A DNA stretch of 64,000 nt from Asterias amurensis (taxonomy: Eukaryota): assembly GCF_032118995.1 (NCBI RefSeq), contig NC_092653.1, positions 7,251,031-7,315,030 on the forward strand, given 5' to 3'. The notes below the pieces were generated by a model. It saw nothing but the letters and a program-made list of their open reading frames with translations, made no database searches and had not been told where the DNA came from. A program made the translations under genes and the position numbers. Every line of letters starts with the position of its first letter. Positions within the stretch are counted from its first letter, which is position 1. Below, in pieces: positions 34,678-48,152 of the stretch.

Positions 34678-35258
34678 CTGTGAAGATGAGAAAATATAAC
34701 GTCACAGAAGGAAAGGTTGGTGTCTACATGGGCTAGTCCAAATTGTTTAGAAGGGGTTATGGGTGTGGGATTTACTCTTAATAGGGAAATGAAAGTTGTA
34801 GGGTAAAACAGAATGTTACATTTTAGAGATTTACAGACTCTCTACATAATTTCTATCGGATATCTGAAGGTCTGGTCACAAGGAGCAATTATGACAAGTT
34901 TGACTATTTCAAGAAAATGTACAGGTACAGGAAGATCAGTGAAATATCCTGAAACCAGAAAAAAATGTTGAAAAATCACGAGCTTGCATTTCGATGAACT
35001 TGGGACAGGGGTGGATTTCACAAAGAGTTGAGACTAGTCTAATCTCGAATTAGGATGAGTAACTCCTCCTAACTTAGTTTTTAATAACCCCAAAGAGTCC
35101 TAGGACTAGTCCTAAGTTAGGACTCTCTTTGTGAAATCGACCCCTGGGCTCTGATGCCATTTATACTTTCAAAAAGGCACTGGCAAAGCATCAGGAGCCC
35201 ATAGAATCTCTGCTGTTTGATTCTGATGAAATTGCGACAATTGAGTTTAAATACGTAC

Positions 35259-35345
35259 CGGATTAAAGACGAGCATCCGACTCAAGAGATGGACAGCTTC
35301 ATGGGTAGCCTGGGCAGACAGACTATATAATGCTGACAGGCAAGG
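35259..35345 (-). CDS. NLK: NLK exon (PCLSALYSLSAQATHEAVHLLSRMLVFNP)
   Basis: Matches human PSLPVLYTLSSQATHEAVHLLCRMLVFDP; donor GTACG. Confidence 0.8.
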
Positions 35346-35894
35346 CTGTGGATACAAATAAATCAAACCATTGCATTCAAATAGTCTGGACATTCAAGCT
35401 ATATAAAAAAATATAATTGCTTTAATGTTGTCTATGAGATTTACAAATGAAAAATTAATCTTAACAAACAATTAACATACACTACAGCTATTGAGGCTTT
35501 CTTAAATAAAGCGATATTTACAACAACTGTTGTTAGGTAACATGGAAATATCTGTATTTGAAAGATGTATTGTTTGGCTGCAGATTGCGCCACATCACCT
35601 TGAAAGCTGTTAGCTGTTACATGGTGTTATGTAAATAAATGGGTCTTAGATATTGAACATACCCATGCATACTTTAAAGACACAATACTGAGCGCTTTGA
35701 GATGCTCTTGTGTGTGAAAAACCACTATTTAGGCCTATGAACTGTGTATTTCTACTATAATTAGCACTATATTACAGATGGGCAAACAAAGATACAATTA
35801 ACAACACATTACAACATCAATAAAGATTAAATAGATGTTAAATTTGCATCGGGGATAAAAAATATTCATTTGGGTTTTTACCCATTAGACCGAT

Positions 35895-36065
35895 GTGTGT
35901 TAGCACTGTATACTCAGTACTTACCCGAGTTCTGTGAAAAAAATCACAGGCATATTTGCTCGGGTGGGATTCGAACCCACGACCTTTGCAATTCTAGAGC
36001 AGTGTCTTACCAACTAGACTACCGAGGTTGCCCAGTAGCTAGAGGCAGTTCGAATCCTATGTTTA
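35895..36065 (-). mobile_element. tRNA-like SINE head (family C) inserted between 45-bp direct repeats of a palindromic element (35825-35880 and 36092-36135)
   Basis: The reverse complement reads GGGCAACCTCGGTAGTCTAGTTGGTAAGAC...GGTCGTGGGTTCGAATCCCACC, with tRNA box A and box B; the flanking aatagatgttaaatttgcatcRgggataaaRatattcatttgg is duplicated, then repeated in inverted orientation at 36120-36175. Confidence 0.5.
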
Positions 36066-36573
36066 AGCAGCGGGTACTGCAAATGATTTAATAGATGTTA
36101 AATTTGCATCAGGGATAAAGATATTCATTTGGTGAATGAGTATTCTATCCCGATGCAAATTTAACAGCTATTAACAATAAAGATTATGAAGATTTCAAAG
36201 TCGAAAATCAATGAAATCATACTCTGATTGTACATTTTAGGCCTAAATAGTTACACATTAAAACAAATATACAATTCTGGAGAAGAACAAGCAAAATGGT
36301 TAGAGAAATGGTAAGTTAACAAAAGGGAAATTTCCTCATGGACCTCAGTGAGGAGGCTGTTCGGTATGATTAAAGCGCTGTGATGCACTTTGCATAAGAA
36401 TGCTATACAAATAGTGCTATTATCAATATTATTAAAATTATCACGAAATGATAAAAACACTTGGTATGTACAATCATTTAAATCACAACAGTTTTAACAT
36501 TATACACACAATTATACAGCGTTCCATACACCTGGGGTCCAGTCAGAATTCACTCCAAGTGGTCCAGCTACTT

Positions 36574-36957
36574 AAAGACACTGGACACTAATGGTAATTG
36601 CCAAAGACAAGTCTTCTCACTTGGTGTATCTCAACATATGCATAAAATAACAAACCCATGAAAATTTAAGCTTGATTGGTCGTCGGAGTTGCGACATAAC
36701 TATGAAAGAAAAAAACACCAATGTCACACCAAGATGTGTGCTTTCAGATGCTTGATTTTGAGACCTCAAATTCTAAATCTGAGGTATCAAAATCCAATTT
36801 GTGGAAAATAACTTCTTTCTCGAAAACTACGTCACTCAAGAGAGAGCCGTTTCTCACAATGTCTTATACTATCAACCTCTCCCCATTACTCGTTACCAAG
36901 TGAGGTTTTATTCTAATAATTATTTTGAGTAATTACCAATAGTGTCCACTGCCTTTA
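36574..36957. mobile_element. MITE, same family (NLK intron)
   Basis: TIRs aaagacactggacactaatggtaattg ... aattaccaatagtgtccactgccttt. Confidence 0.75.
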
Positions 36958-37336
36958 AAATATTGACTAGTGAAAAAGCTGACGGACCAGTGAAATGACA
37001 AGCTTACTGGTCCTGCTGACCAGTCATTAGAAAAGTTAATGGGCAAACCCCGACATACAAATATTTTCGCCACATTATTCTCCTACTCATCAGCAGAATT
37101 TACAACTGTTACAACTCATAACATGCCTGATACTTCACGGAGGCAACAAAGGCGATTGCCTCCATGCCCCCTGGTCATTAGCTTGGTGCCCTTGAAATGC
37201 TCCAATTCACAAATTCCTCATATAGGGCGCCTTTTACCAAGGAGAAAATGCCTTGGTGCCCCTGCCCATGTTACAAAAAACGAAGCATACAGGACTGTCA
37301 TAACACATCATCAGATTCTGGACTTGTTTTACTTAC

Positions 37337-37438
37337 AGGTTTGTGGGGTGATCTGAGCAAGTGTGCTTTCGCACCGTCGCATGCGTATTTCATGTCTTCC
37401 ATACTCGGTGTACCAAGAAGATCGGTGATCAAATTGAG
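37337..37438 (-). CDS. NLK: NLK exon (LNLITDLLGTPSMEDMKYACDGAKAHLLRSPHKP)
   Basis: Matches human LDLITDLLGTPSLEAMRTACEGAKAHILRGPHKQ; acceptor ttacAG and donor GTAAGT. Confidence 0.85.
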
Positions 37439-38306
37439 CTGTAACCAAAAGAAGAAAAACAAATTGTGTTTAAAATTTGGGTTTTACTATTTTGAAATTT
37501 AATAATAAAACAAATAATAAACAGATGATCATGGCGCTTTACAATATGAAATCCAAATGATTAAATTTGTGTTTGATCAAAAGTTAGTTGCAAAAGAAAA
37601 AAGGCACATGAAAAGACAATTTTTTTATTAGGCTGTTGGGCCAAGTATATAAAGGACTTTTATAAAAATGATGGAACATGTCTGCCATCTTGCCAACTCA
37701 AATACAAGTTGCAGGCCGGTAAGCTTTTTCTGGTAAGCATACTTTTGTTGTGCTTAGCTAATTTTTCTTTAAAGCAGCCCTATGACATGGGGCCGGGCTG
37801 AAAGATATGAGATCATCTTGTTTGAGCATAAAAGCATACGCCATGTTTTTAAATAGTGCTTCAAGAATGACCACCTTATTCAACAATTGTATTTTCTTCC
37901 CCAAGGAAAATCCACTTAATATGAGATAAGCTGATGGTCGTCCTTAGTTACCGATCAGCAAAATCCCCACTTTCCCCACACTGTACAGAGAAAAGTAAAA
38001 TGTGCTGATACACGTTTCACACAAGTCACGTACAGACACTACAAGTTGATGGTTCAGACCTCATAAGGGATCCTTTGCCACACAACAAACCTTGAGCCCC
38101 CCCCCCCCCCCCAATTTTGTTTTTGTCAGAAACAAAGTGTGCGTTGTCGTTGCTAATGAGCAGCAACTAAAGGACTGAATGATGCTCAAAGAGGGTGTTG
38201 TATGTTATCCATTCATGGTATTGATTGGGTATCACTGGAGAGGGGACCTCCGGAGATAAAGTGACCTTTTGCTTAAATTTTTACGGAAGTAAACTTTTTA
38301 ATTTGA

Positions 38307-38596
38307 AAGACACTGGACACCTTTGGTAATTGTCAAAGACCAGTATTCTTGCTTGGTGTATCTCAACATTTAACAACAAACCTGAACAAATTTAGATTCA
38401 ATTGGTCGTCGAAGTTGCGGGGGAATAGTGGAAGCAAAACACCCTTATCGCACAAGTTGTGTTCGAGACCTCAGCTGAGGTCTCTTATTCAATTCAAATA
38501 TTTAAGTGAGAAATTGCCTCTTTCTCAAAAACTATGTTACTTCAGCGGGAGCCGTTTCTCAAAATGTTATAATAACCAATAGTGTCAAGTGCCTTG
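38307..38596. mobile_element. MITE, same family, internally shortened
   Basis: TIR plus internal homology. Confidence 0.65.
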
Positions 38597-38639
38597 AAAC
38601 CCGCTATTTCTCATCCGACACGAGCAATTTCCCCGTGGG

Positions 38640-39180
38640 TTTTTAACTTCTGTGCTAAACACACATCAGCGTTAAGGGTAAAAACAAATTATATTCTTCA
38701 TCCCCCGATTCAAAATTAAAACCCATCCAAACCGTTGCAGTACCCACTTCTAACACATGGATTCGAACGGACTCTAACCACTCAGTGGTCTAGTGGTTAA
38801 ACATCTGCTCTAGCAATGCAAAGGTTGTGGGTTTGAATCCCACCAGAGTGATTTGACTGTGGGCTTTTTATTTCACAGAACTCTGGTAAGTACCGAGTAT
38901 ACAGTGCTCAATATACATCGGTGTAAGGGTTAAATCAAATTTTATTCTTCATCCGAGACACAAATTTAACATCTCTATAATCCCAGTAAGCTATAATGGG
39001 GTTGTTGGTTCAAATCTCACGCGAGTGATTTGCCCGTAGGATGTTATAATTCACTAAAACTTGGGAAAGTACTCGGGAGTAAACAGTGCTCAATACAAAT
39101 CGGTGTAAGGGTGTACAAAATTATATTATTTATCCAAGACACAAATTTATCTCAGTTCCCAGTTAGCTTTGGGTATAAAT
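38640..39180 (+). mobile_element. Tandem array of 2-3 family-C tRNA-derived SINE units
   Basis: Repeated ...cagtggtctagtggttaaac...gcaaaggttgtgggtttgaatcccacc..., plus a shared 3' part catcggtgtaagggt.aaa.caaatt.tattcttcatcc. Confidence 0.5.
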
Positions 39181-39469
39181 GCACACTATTTTGCACCATA
39201 CTTGAACAACATGATGAAGACCCATATCTATCTATTGTTATGATAACCTTTTGCAGTCATGTCTGGAAGGCGAGTCATTCGTATTCAATGACCTTTGTAC
39301 CTCAGCTGACCTACCCAAAGGCCATGATGACCTTCCAAATGTTATTTACATAAACAGGGACAAAGGGCCAAACATGACCATGCCCTTCAAATGATCAACA
39401 CCCAGACATGACGGCACCGACAGGCACGCTTTAACCTCATAATTATACTCCTTTAATTTGTTTTTCTAA

Positions 39470-39900
39470 ATCTTTCCTATTGCTTTTGCAATCGGCAAAA
39501 GAAAGAATGAACTGCACTCATCTCTGTGACTTCTCTTGGTTCATGCGATTCCTCCGCAAGGCTTTAAGTTTTATGCCTCATCTTCCCGCACCCAAATATC
39601 TTATTTGTTTTCTCTTAAATCTTTCCTCTGTTTTTACAATCGGCAAAACAAAAATTAATCGCACTCATCTCTGTGACTTCTCATGTGAAAATCGTACGAT
39701 TCCTCCGCGAGGTTTAAAGTTTTAAGCCTCACCTTCCCATAATTTATTTGTTTTCTTTTAAATCTTTCCTTCTGTTTTAACAATTGGCAAACAAAAATTA
39801 ACTGCACTTATCTCTGTGACTACTCATGGAGGAAACCGTACGATTCCTCCGCAAGGGTTTTCAGTTTTAAGCCTCACATCCACATATCTAATGAGCACTC
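39470..39900. repeat. Tandem repeat of about 120-140 bp x3 in an NLK intron
   Basis: Repeated ...tcttaaatctttcct..tg.ttt.acaatcggcaaaa.aaa.aat.aa.tgcact.atctctgtgact.ctc.tg...cgattcctccgc.agg.tttaagttttaagcctca... units. Confidence 0.75.
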
Positions 39901-39902
39901 TT

Positions 39903-40285
39903 AAAGACACTGGACACTATTGGTAATAGTCAAAGACCAGTCTTCTCACTCGGTGTATCGCAACATGTGCACAAAATAACAAACCTGTGGAAATTTGAGC
40001 TCAATCTGTCGTCGAAGTTACGAGATAATAATGAAAGAAAAAAACACCCTTGTCACACGAAGTTGTGTGCTTTCAGATGCTTGATTTCGAGACCTCACAT
40101 TCTAAAACTGCGGTCTCGAAATCAAATTCGTGGAAAATTACTTCTTTCTTAAAAACTACATTACTTCAGAGGGAGCCATTTCTCACAATGTTTTATACTA
40201 TCAATCTCTCCCCATTACTCGCTACTAAGTAAGGTTTATGCAAAACATTATTTTGAGTAATTACCAATAGCGTCCATTGCCTTTA
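39903..40285. mobile_element. MITE, same family
   Basis: TIRs aaagacactggacactattggtaatag ... attaccaatagcgtccattgccttt. Confidence 0.75.
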
Positions 40286-40988
40286 ACCGGTACAGATTGA
40301 GAAAAATAAAAATAAGAAAATAAATAAAAAATCAGTTGCTGCAAAAAGTCCCCAAGGCCTTTTCACTGTCTCCGTAATTGAGTTAGGCCTTCAAGTAAGT
40401 CAAGGTTTATCCATCGACCATGATAAATCAAGCATAATTTCATTTTATGGCATCGTGAAATTGGCGCAAAAAATACAGAACAAATCAGAGCGGCGGAAAG
40501 ACACATTTTTTCCTGAAGCAAAGCAAATCGGCATTTCAAGAGTGAGAAAGCATCATTACAACAAGGATAATGACCCCCCCCCAAAAAAACCCCTTTAAAA
40601 CCGTCACTTCACAAAGAACTACTAAATACAAATTGTTTTGCTAAGCACAGAAAAAGAAACAGGTTAGCGGTCAACGCTTCATAAGCTTTATACTGTTGCC
40701 ACTGGTGCCCTTCTTTCTCAGCAAAAGAAATTTGCTTTTGCGATGCAGTATTTTCTGCTAAACAGCTTCATGAAAATAACTGGGCACTTGTCTTTGGCCT
40801 CACCTGTGTGACTGTAGTGCATGAGATAAATAATTCTAAGGTTGACATCGTCATCGAGTTTCATTTTCGATCTCAGTTTATTCAAATTGCTAATTAGTAC
40901 TAATTTCTTGCTTCTTATGTTACTTTGGGGACATGTTAGGCAGGGCAACATGGCCGCCACCACGTCAACCTCATCTAGATGGCCTCAC

Positions 40989-41198
40989 CTGTGTGACTGG
41001 ACTCTGGGCCTGAAACAGAATCCTCCTCCCCAGTAGCTCAGCGAAGATGCAGCCCACCGACCAGACGTCAACCGACGACCCATAATGCTTACTGCCGACC
41101 AGGATCTCCGGCGCTCGGTAGTACTGTGTGATGACCTCTTGGGTCATGTGTTTGTTTGTGTCTGGTTCCTCCAAGCGGGCCAGCCCAAAATCACATAT
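40989..41198 (-). CDS. NLK: NLK exon, kinase subdomains VII-IX (ICDFGLARLEEPDTNKHMTQEVITQYYRAPEILVGSKHYGSSVDVWSVGCIFAELLGRRILFQAQSPVTQ)
   Basis: Near-identical to human NLK ICDFGLARVEELDESRHMTQEVVTQYYRAPEILMGSRHYSNAIDIWSVGCIFAELLGRRILFQAQSPIQQ (activation loop T-Q-Y); donor GTGAGG. Confidence 0.9.
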
Positions 41199-42027
41199 CT
41201 AGTGGGAATGATTGAAAAAAGAGAATGGGTCCAGTTATGTACAAGTTGTGTGTATTTTTCATGGAATTTGTTTGTGGCCTGTTTCTGAAGGTAGGTAAGC
41301 CTACCCAAGATGTGGATACACATAAATTGTTAAACTTCCTGGAATTTACAGCTGATAAAAATCGCCAAGTGTCGAGCCAAGGCAAGGCCACCGCAAGCAC
41401 ACATGGTATTTTGTGCATCCCTGTGAAGACATCTTTTGTTCTTTTCTTTGTCCCAGTACATGTACATGTAGTTAAGAACCTCCAATAGAATTTGTATGCA
41501 AAATTCCTTGTGAATCACCCCAGTCTTATGACCCTTTGTTTTTCCTTTTCTGTTATGTCCTCGGGCTTCCATAAGGTAGTACATATTAAACCACAATAAT
41601 TAACACTATACATGCAAACATCCACCCGCTATACCAGTGGAAGAATTTACGCACAAAATCAATTCTGTTAAGTTTAGACACCAACAGCCTTGATGGTAGT
41701 CTATCAATGATTCTTATCTACAAAGGCAGACTGATCTCTGATGAACTTGACTGGTGTTAATTTCATTGTTGTCTTTTTATGTGGGCGGTGTAGAATCAGA
41801 AAGAGAGAGAGAGAGACTGGGATTGTACTTTTTTGGAAGGGAATTTTTTGTTGTTGGTAATTCAGTGAATTCAAACTCACAAAGTATTCTTATATTACAG
41901 ATAGAATTGATTCCTAAAATTATGCAGACTGATATAGGGGTGCTTACTAAATAAATGGAATAACTCACTGGCATCTCTGTAAAAGTCTTTTTGAACGACA
42001 ATTCGCAAAATGCATGAGCAGGATTAA

Positions 42028-42770
42028 AGCCACCGGACGCCTTTGGTAGTTTTTAAAGACCAGTATTCTCAACATACAAGTATGCATAAAATAACTAATC
42101 TGTGAAAATCTGGACTCAATTTGTCAAGAGAATAATGAAAGAAAAACACCCTTGTTGCACAAATTGTTGTGCTTACAGATGCTTTTAAAAACAAAGCCTT
42201 CGGGCATAAAGTCTTTTAACATTTGAGTGAGAAATTACCTCTCTCTCAAAAGTTATGTTATTTCAGAGGGGGCCATTTCTCACAATGTTTTATACAACAG
42301 CTCTCCATTGCTCATTACCAAGTAAGTCAGTAAGTTTTTACATTACTAATTATTTTGAGTAATTACCAATAGTGTCCAGACCCTTAAAGGCAGTGGACAC
42401 TATTGGTAATTGTCAAAGACTAGTCTTCACAGTTGGTGTATCTCAACATATACATAAAATAACAAACATGTGAAAATTTGAGCTCAATCGGTCATCAAAC
42501 TTGCGAGATAAGAATGAAAGAAAAAACACCCTTATCACACGAAGTTGTGCGCGTTTAGATGCTTGATTTCGAGACCTCAAGTTCTAAACTTGAGGTCTCG
42601 AAATCAAAGTCGTGGAAAATTACTTCTTTCTCGAAAACTATGGCACTTCAGAGGGAGCCGTTTCTCACAATGTTTTATTCCATCAACCTCTCCCCATTAC
42701 TCGTCACCAAAAAAGGTTTTATGCTAATAATTATTTTGAGTAATTATCAATAGTGTCCCCTGCCCTTAAA
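42028..42770. mobile_element. Two tandem or nested MITE copies of the same family (42028-42386 and 42388-42770)
   Basis: Abutting TIRs ...aattaccaatagtgtccagaccc ttaaaggcagtggacactattggtaat... Confidence 0.7.
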
Positions 42771-43554
42771 AAATGACTGCAACTATTTAGTTTAGTTTTT
42801 GCCCTTGATGACTTGTTTGTCGTAACCTAAGAAACTTAGAGAGGCCATGTTCAATGGTCTCTAATTCAATATGGAACAGCAAGCGACCTCCTAGTACACC
42901 GATTAACATCAATATACGTTTTAGGGGGGGGGACTCTTGCGTCACGTAAACTATACCCAGACCAACTGCCGTGATATGGCCGAGTACACTTGGAGTCAAC
43001 CGTCAAACTACATGTATCAATGTTGCCTGCGAGTGCAGTGTAGAACCAAGCAGAGTTCAAAGTCTCTGTCTGTAGTAAGGGTCGTGTACTTCTTTTAAAC
43101 AATTGAGTTATAACATGAACTTTGGCTGTTACAGTCCGTTGGAAGTGGATTTTTTGTGATCATAAATGGCGGTTTCATACGAATTTAGACATATTGGCAC
43201 TTTGATTAACTTCAAGAATGCTTTATAGTAGTTTTTGAGGGTGATTTTTATCTGATGAGCCTATTCACGTCATCGTCAATTTTAATCCGAAAATTGTTGA
43301 CTTTATTTCAGAACTATACTGCAACATTTCTATATTGAATTGCAAATTTTGAACACTTTTGAACACTGAAATTTATTTGTGTATTGAAATAAAATTTTCA
43401 CAGTCTGGTTAATTTTGTCTTGATACATGTATATTTTTCTGAAGGGTCAACATTAAATTTTAAAAATGGTTAGAGAAATACATTTTCAAGATGTACCATT
43501 GCATTCCCAGCTTTTTATTCAACTTTGGTTGATTTTGGCGCTCTATAAATTCCC

Positions 43555-43556
43555 TC

Positions 43557-43607
<51 letters not shown>
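43555..43607. repeat. (ATTG)n microsatellite, about 13 units
   Basis: gattgattgattg... visible directly. Confidence 0.95.
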
Positions 43608-43700
43608 CCCGAGCATCTGGTTTTTTGTTTTTTTATTCAGACAGGTTCAAACATTCTTTCCCTGTGGGGACATCTTTTGATCTTTCCTTTGTCCCTGTAG

Positions 43701-43827
43701 TTAAAGACACTGGACACTATTGGTAAATGTTTTATACTATAAACCTCTCCCCATTACTCGTTACCAAGTGAGGTTTTATGCTGATAATTATTTTGAGTAA
43801 TTACCAATAGTGTCCACTGTCTTTAAG
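43701..43827. mobile_element. MITE, same family, internally deleted (about 125 bp)
   Basis: Both TIRs present, core deleted. Confidence 0.65.
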
Positions 43828-44448
43828 AATCTCCCTTAGACTTTGTACTAAAACTTCCTTGTGGAGCGCCCAGGTCTTTAGAATTCCCCTATGGAGTCCC
43901 TTTGTATTTCCCCTTTTCTGTTTTGTTCTCAGTCTCCATACGTTAGTGAATATGAAACCATACACACTGCAAATAATACCAGAAGTCCTGTGTATCAAAT
44001 ACAGCTTGACGTTGGCCCAATTCCTATGGCTCTGTTTACTGTAGGCGAAAAAATCTGTGCTTAGCCAAATGCATGGTAGCCGCTAACTAAGAAATTTTCG
44101 CTTGTGCACATTCGTTGCTTTCTGAAAATTATTACAGAATATTTTTAATCGCAAGGGGACACTTTGCCGCTAGAATTAGGCACTTTAGGCTATGAAAAGC
44201 AAATGTATAAAATGATTATGGTTGGAAAGACAAAAAAATCCCTTTAAATTGTGTTGTTTTGGTTAATTTCACGAAAGAACGCGGCCCGCTAATTTGTAGA
44301 ACCAAATGTTTGACTTCTTTTTTGTGTGTTTTCTCAACAAATCAACAAATACTGTATTCAACTGAATCTTTCACCGGTGACTTTTACTGATCTTTCTTAA
44401 TGTTTTTGCCTTTACGTTAACCAAAACTAGTCCGTGAACCTATCTCTA

Positions 44449-44820
44449 AAGGCAGTGGACACTATTGGAAATTACTCAAAATAATTGTTAGAAAAAAAAC
44501 TAACTTGGTAACAAGCAATGGAGAGCTGTTGATAGTATAAAACATTGCGAGAAACGGCTCCCTCTTAAGTATCGTGGTTTTTGGGAAAGTAAGTAATTTC
44601 TCAGTAAAATATTTGAATTGATTTCAAGACCTCATGCGTGAGGCCTCGAAATCAAGCATCTGAAAGCACACAACTTCATGTACTGTGACAAGGGTGTTTT
44701 TTTCTCCCATTATTATCTCGCAACTTCAATAACCAATCGAGCTCAAATTTTCACAGGTTTGTTATTTTGTGCATTTGTTGAGATACACCAAGTGAGAAGA
44801 ACAGCATTCCAGTGTCTTTA
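44449..44820. mobile_element. MITE, same family (NLK intron, abutting exon 44920-45005)
   Basis: TIR ggcagtggacactattggaaattactcaaaataatt plus internal homology. Confidence 0.7.
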
Positions 44821-44826
44821 AGTTCA

Positions 44827-45210
<384 letters not shown>

Positions 45211-46429
45211 TCACTGAATGACAACCATAGGTTCACTACGACTGGTACACACAAACAGCGAAATATGGTAATCAGCATTTTTCTCCTTTCCAAACAGAAA
45301 ACATTTTTCAGTAGTATTTTTTCACAGCGCATTATTAACTTATTTCAATTTTAGAACATGTTCTGACAAAATCATTCAAAATCACTGAGTATTGGCTCTT
45401 GGCAAAGATCGTACAGATAAGCATGGTCTCAAAATGGTCACTAAACTTAATATAAAATACTGTACGTTATGGTGAAGGACTAAAATAAGGACTATAAATG
45501 TGTTAAATAATCCATTAAGCAATTTTCACTCCCTCTGTTTTATTTTTATCAATAAAGTTTAGGATGTCTTTTGAGTTTTGCCTTAACAACAGTACAACAT
45601 AGTGAGTGTCTTTGACATGACTTTTCTAGAATTTTGTTTTAACATAACTTTTATGTAACAAACCAGAAAATTGTACGTAAAAGACAGTAAGAGAAAAGCT
45701 CCATACCAGACGAACTAAAGAAAAAACACAACTAAACAGCTAATTACATCTATAGCCTAAATTGAGGAAGAATAACCCGTATTCTTTATTATCGTCTGTC
45801 ATACCCCTTATCAATCACTCACATGTCAAAAAAAAACATTAAAAAAAAAAAAAAAACCTATGATTTCCTATGATTCAAAGAATCTTAAAAACCTGTCTCA
45901 ATAAATTTCCCGTTCAATTTTTTTGGGATGTGACCTCAAAATCAATTAATAAAATCCCTCTCACATATCGGTTACCAAATTTCAATGTCTTGTCGGCGCC
46001 GTGTGGTTTTTATTTTATTTTGTAGGTCAGTTTTGGTTGATGTTGGTTTTGAAGTGAGTGTTAAAACTCACAAACAGATTAAAAACAGAGTCACCTACAA
46101 AAAAATAAAACCCAAGCCACGGAAACGTGAGCTGCCCCAATCAATTTCTCCCGTAATTTACTGTAGTTTGACCTCAAATCAATTAATGAAAAAACCCTTT
46201 CCCGTTAGTCCAAGACCTCCCCAAGTTTGGGCGTCTCATCACAAAGCAGCGACGAACCGCCACGTCTTAAACTCAAGAAGGAAAAAAAATCTCATTACTC
46301 TGGCTGTGTATCTATTAACAAGAGAATAATTTCTACTTGAAACTCTGGAGAGCTGCATTATGCATTCGAGCGATCAAGGTCTTCCCCAGAACAAAGATGA
46401 CAGCTTTGAAGGTTTTTTTTTTTTCTTTA

Positions 46430-46696
<267 letters not shown>

Positions 46697-46796
46697 TTAG
46701 GATTGGTGGTTACATTATACATTAACTTTAAAGCAAGTTTCTGTTCCTGTAAAATGTTCAAATCTTAGGATTTGTGGTTATAAAAGCATGAACTTA

Positions 46797-47178
46797 AGCA
46801 CTGGACACTATTGGTGTTTGTCTAAGACCAGTATTCTCACTTGGTGTATCTCAACATATGCACAAAATAACAACCCTGTGAAAATTTGAACTTAATTGGT
46901 CATCGAAGTTGAGAGATAATAATGGAAGAAAAAAACACCCTTGTCACACGACGTTGTGTGCTTTCAGATGCTTGATTTCGGGACCTCAAAATCTAATTCT
47001 GAGGTCTCGAAACCAAATGTGGGAAAATTACTTCTTTCTTGAAAACTACGTTACTTCAGAGGGAGCCGGTTCTCACAATGTTTTATACTATCAACATTTC
47101 TCCATTGCTTGTTACCAAGTAAATTTTTATGCAAACAATTATTTTGAGTAATTACCAATAGTGTTCTGTGCCCTTAAA
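46797..47178. mobile_element. MITE, same family
   Basis: TIRs plus internal homology. Confidence 0.7.
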
Positions 47179-47919
47179 GAAGCTTATGTTCCTTATCATT
47201 CTAAAGGAAGTTCGACCATTAAGGGCCAATGTCCTATATTCAATTTCCAAAGTGAAGGATGCAGAAGGACTGGGGCTGGTAGACCCATATAAAAAGTGCT
47301 TAGCATGCTAATCGTATGTAAGTCCAAACAATTTGCACTCCAGCAAGGGGTAACTATCTCCTGAGAATTGCTAATTTCACGAGAAATGGTTATTTCCCTG
47401 GAGTCTTCCAGGGTTAGAAAATAAAGTGGAAAAACGTCAACCAAATTTTTCTCAAATGTTGCAAATTTCATTTATGGTGAACAAATGGAAACAAATGTAT
47501 GAAGAAAAAGGTTGATGCTCTTTCACAAAATACATTTTTTTTGCCACTGACACAAAAACAACAAACGTCCCACTATGCAACTAATTGTTAACGTGATGCG
47601 TCATGGAACAGCCAGCTGCTGCTTGACAACCCCCCCCCCCCCCCACACACACACACACCAGTGAAGTGATCAGGGTTCACTGACGCTCAGCTGCAGATGG
47701 GTCAAACTCAGACCGGTCAATTGCTTAAAAACCTGGGCTGGGCGGATGATGAATGTATCATATTTAAGTTCAGAGCTTCCTGTGAACACGTCGTAAAACA
47801 TACAGGCCACCACCGTTCTCCAATTAACCAATAATGACTTTCCCTTTTGGCTGGAAACGTATCATTTCTTTTTGCTGTTGAGAACAGAAGTGTATTCCAA
47901 TGCATGAATGAAAAATGAA

Positions 47920-48152
47920 AGAAAAAAACACCACTGTTGCACAAATTTGTGTGCTTTAAGATGCCCCAAAAAAGAAATGAGGCCTGAAGTCTTTTAATAT
48001 TTGAGTGGGAAATTAATTATTACCTCTTTATCAAAAACTACATTACTTCAGAAGGAGCCATTCCTCACAATGTTTTCTCCATTGCTCATTACCAAGTAAG
48101 TTTTTATGCTAACAACAATTTTGAATAATTATCAATAGCGTCCAGTGCTTTG
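47920..48152. mobile_element. MITE, same family, 5'-truncated
   Basis: Internal homology plus the right TIR. Confidence 0.55.

Noticed and set aside
35920-36000. tRNA-like sequence (box A/box B, GGTTCGAATCCCACC) as a possible functional tRNA gene
   Set aside because: It is embedded in a SINE-like insert with related copies at 38740-38880 and 38980-39050, the anticodon arm does not pair cleanly, and there is no oligo-T terminator. I treated it as a tRNA-derived SINE. It should still be run through tRNAscan-SE.
36721-36903. Recurring about 60-aa ORF MSH(E/Q)V.CFQMLDFETSNSK...REPFL(T/I)MFYTINLSPLL (also at 26735-26956 (-), 40050-40232, 42559-42753 and others)
   Set aside because: It is carried by every copy of the GACACTATTGGTAAT-TIR MITE, with frameshifts between copies. 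It is too short, has no start context and is not conserved as protein.
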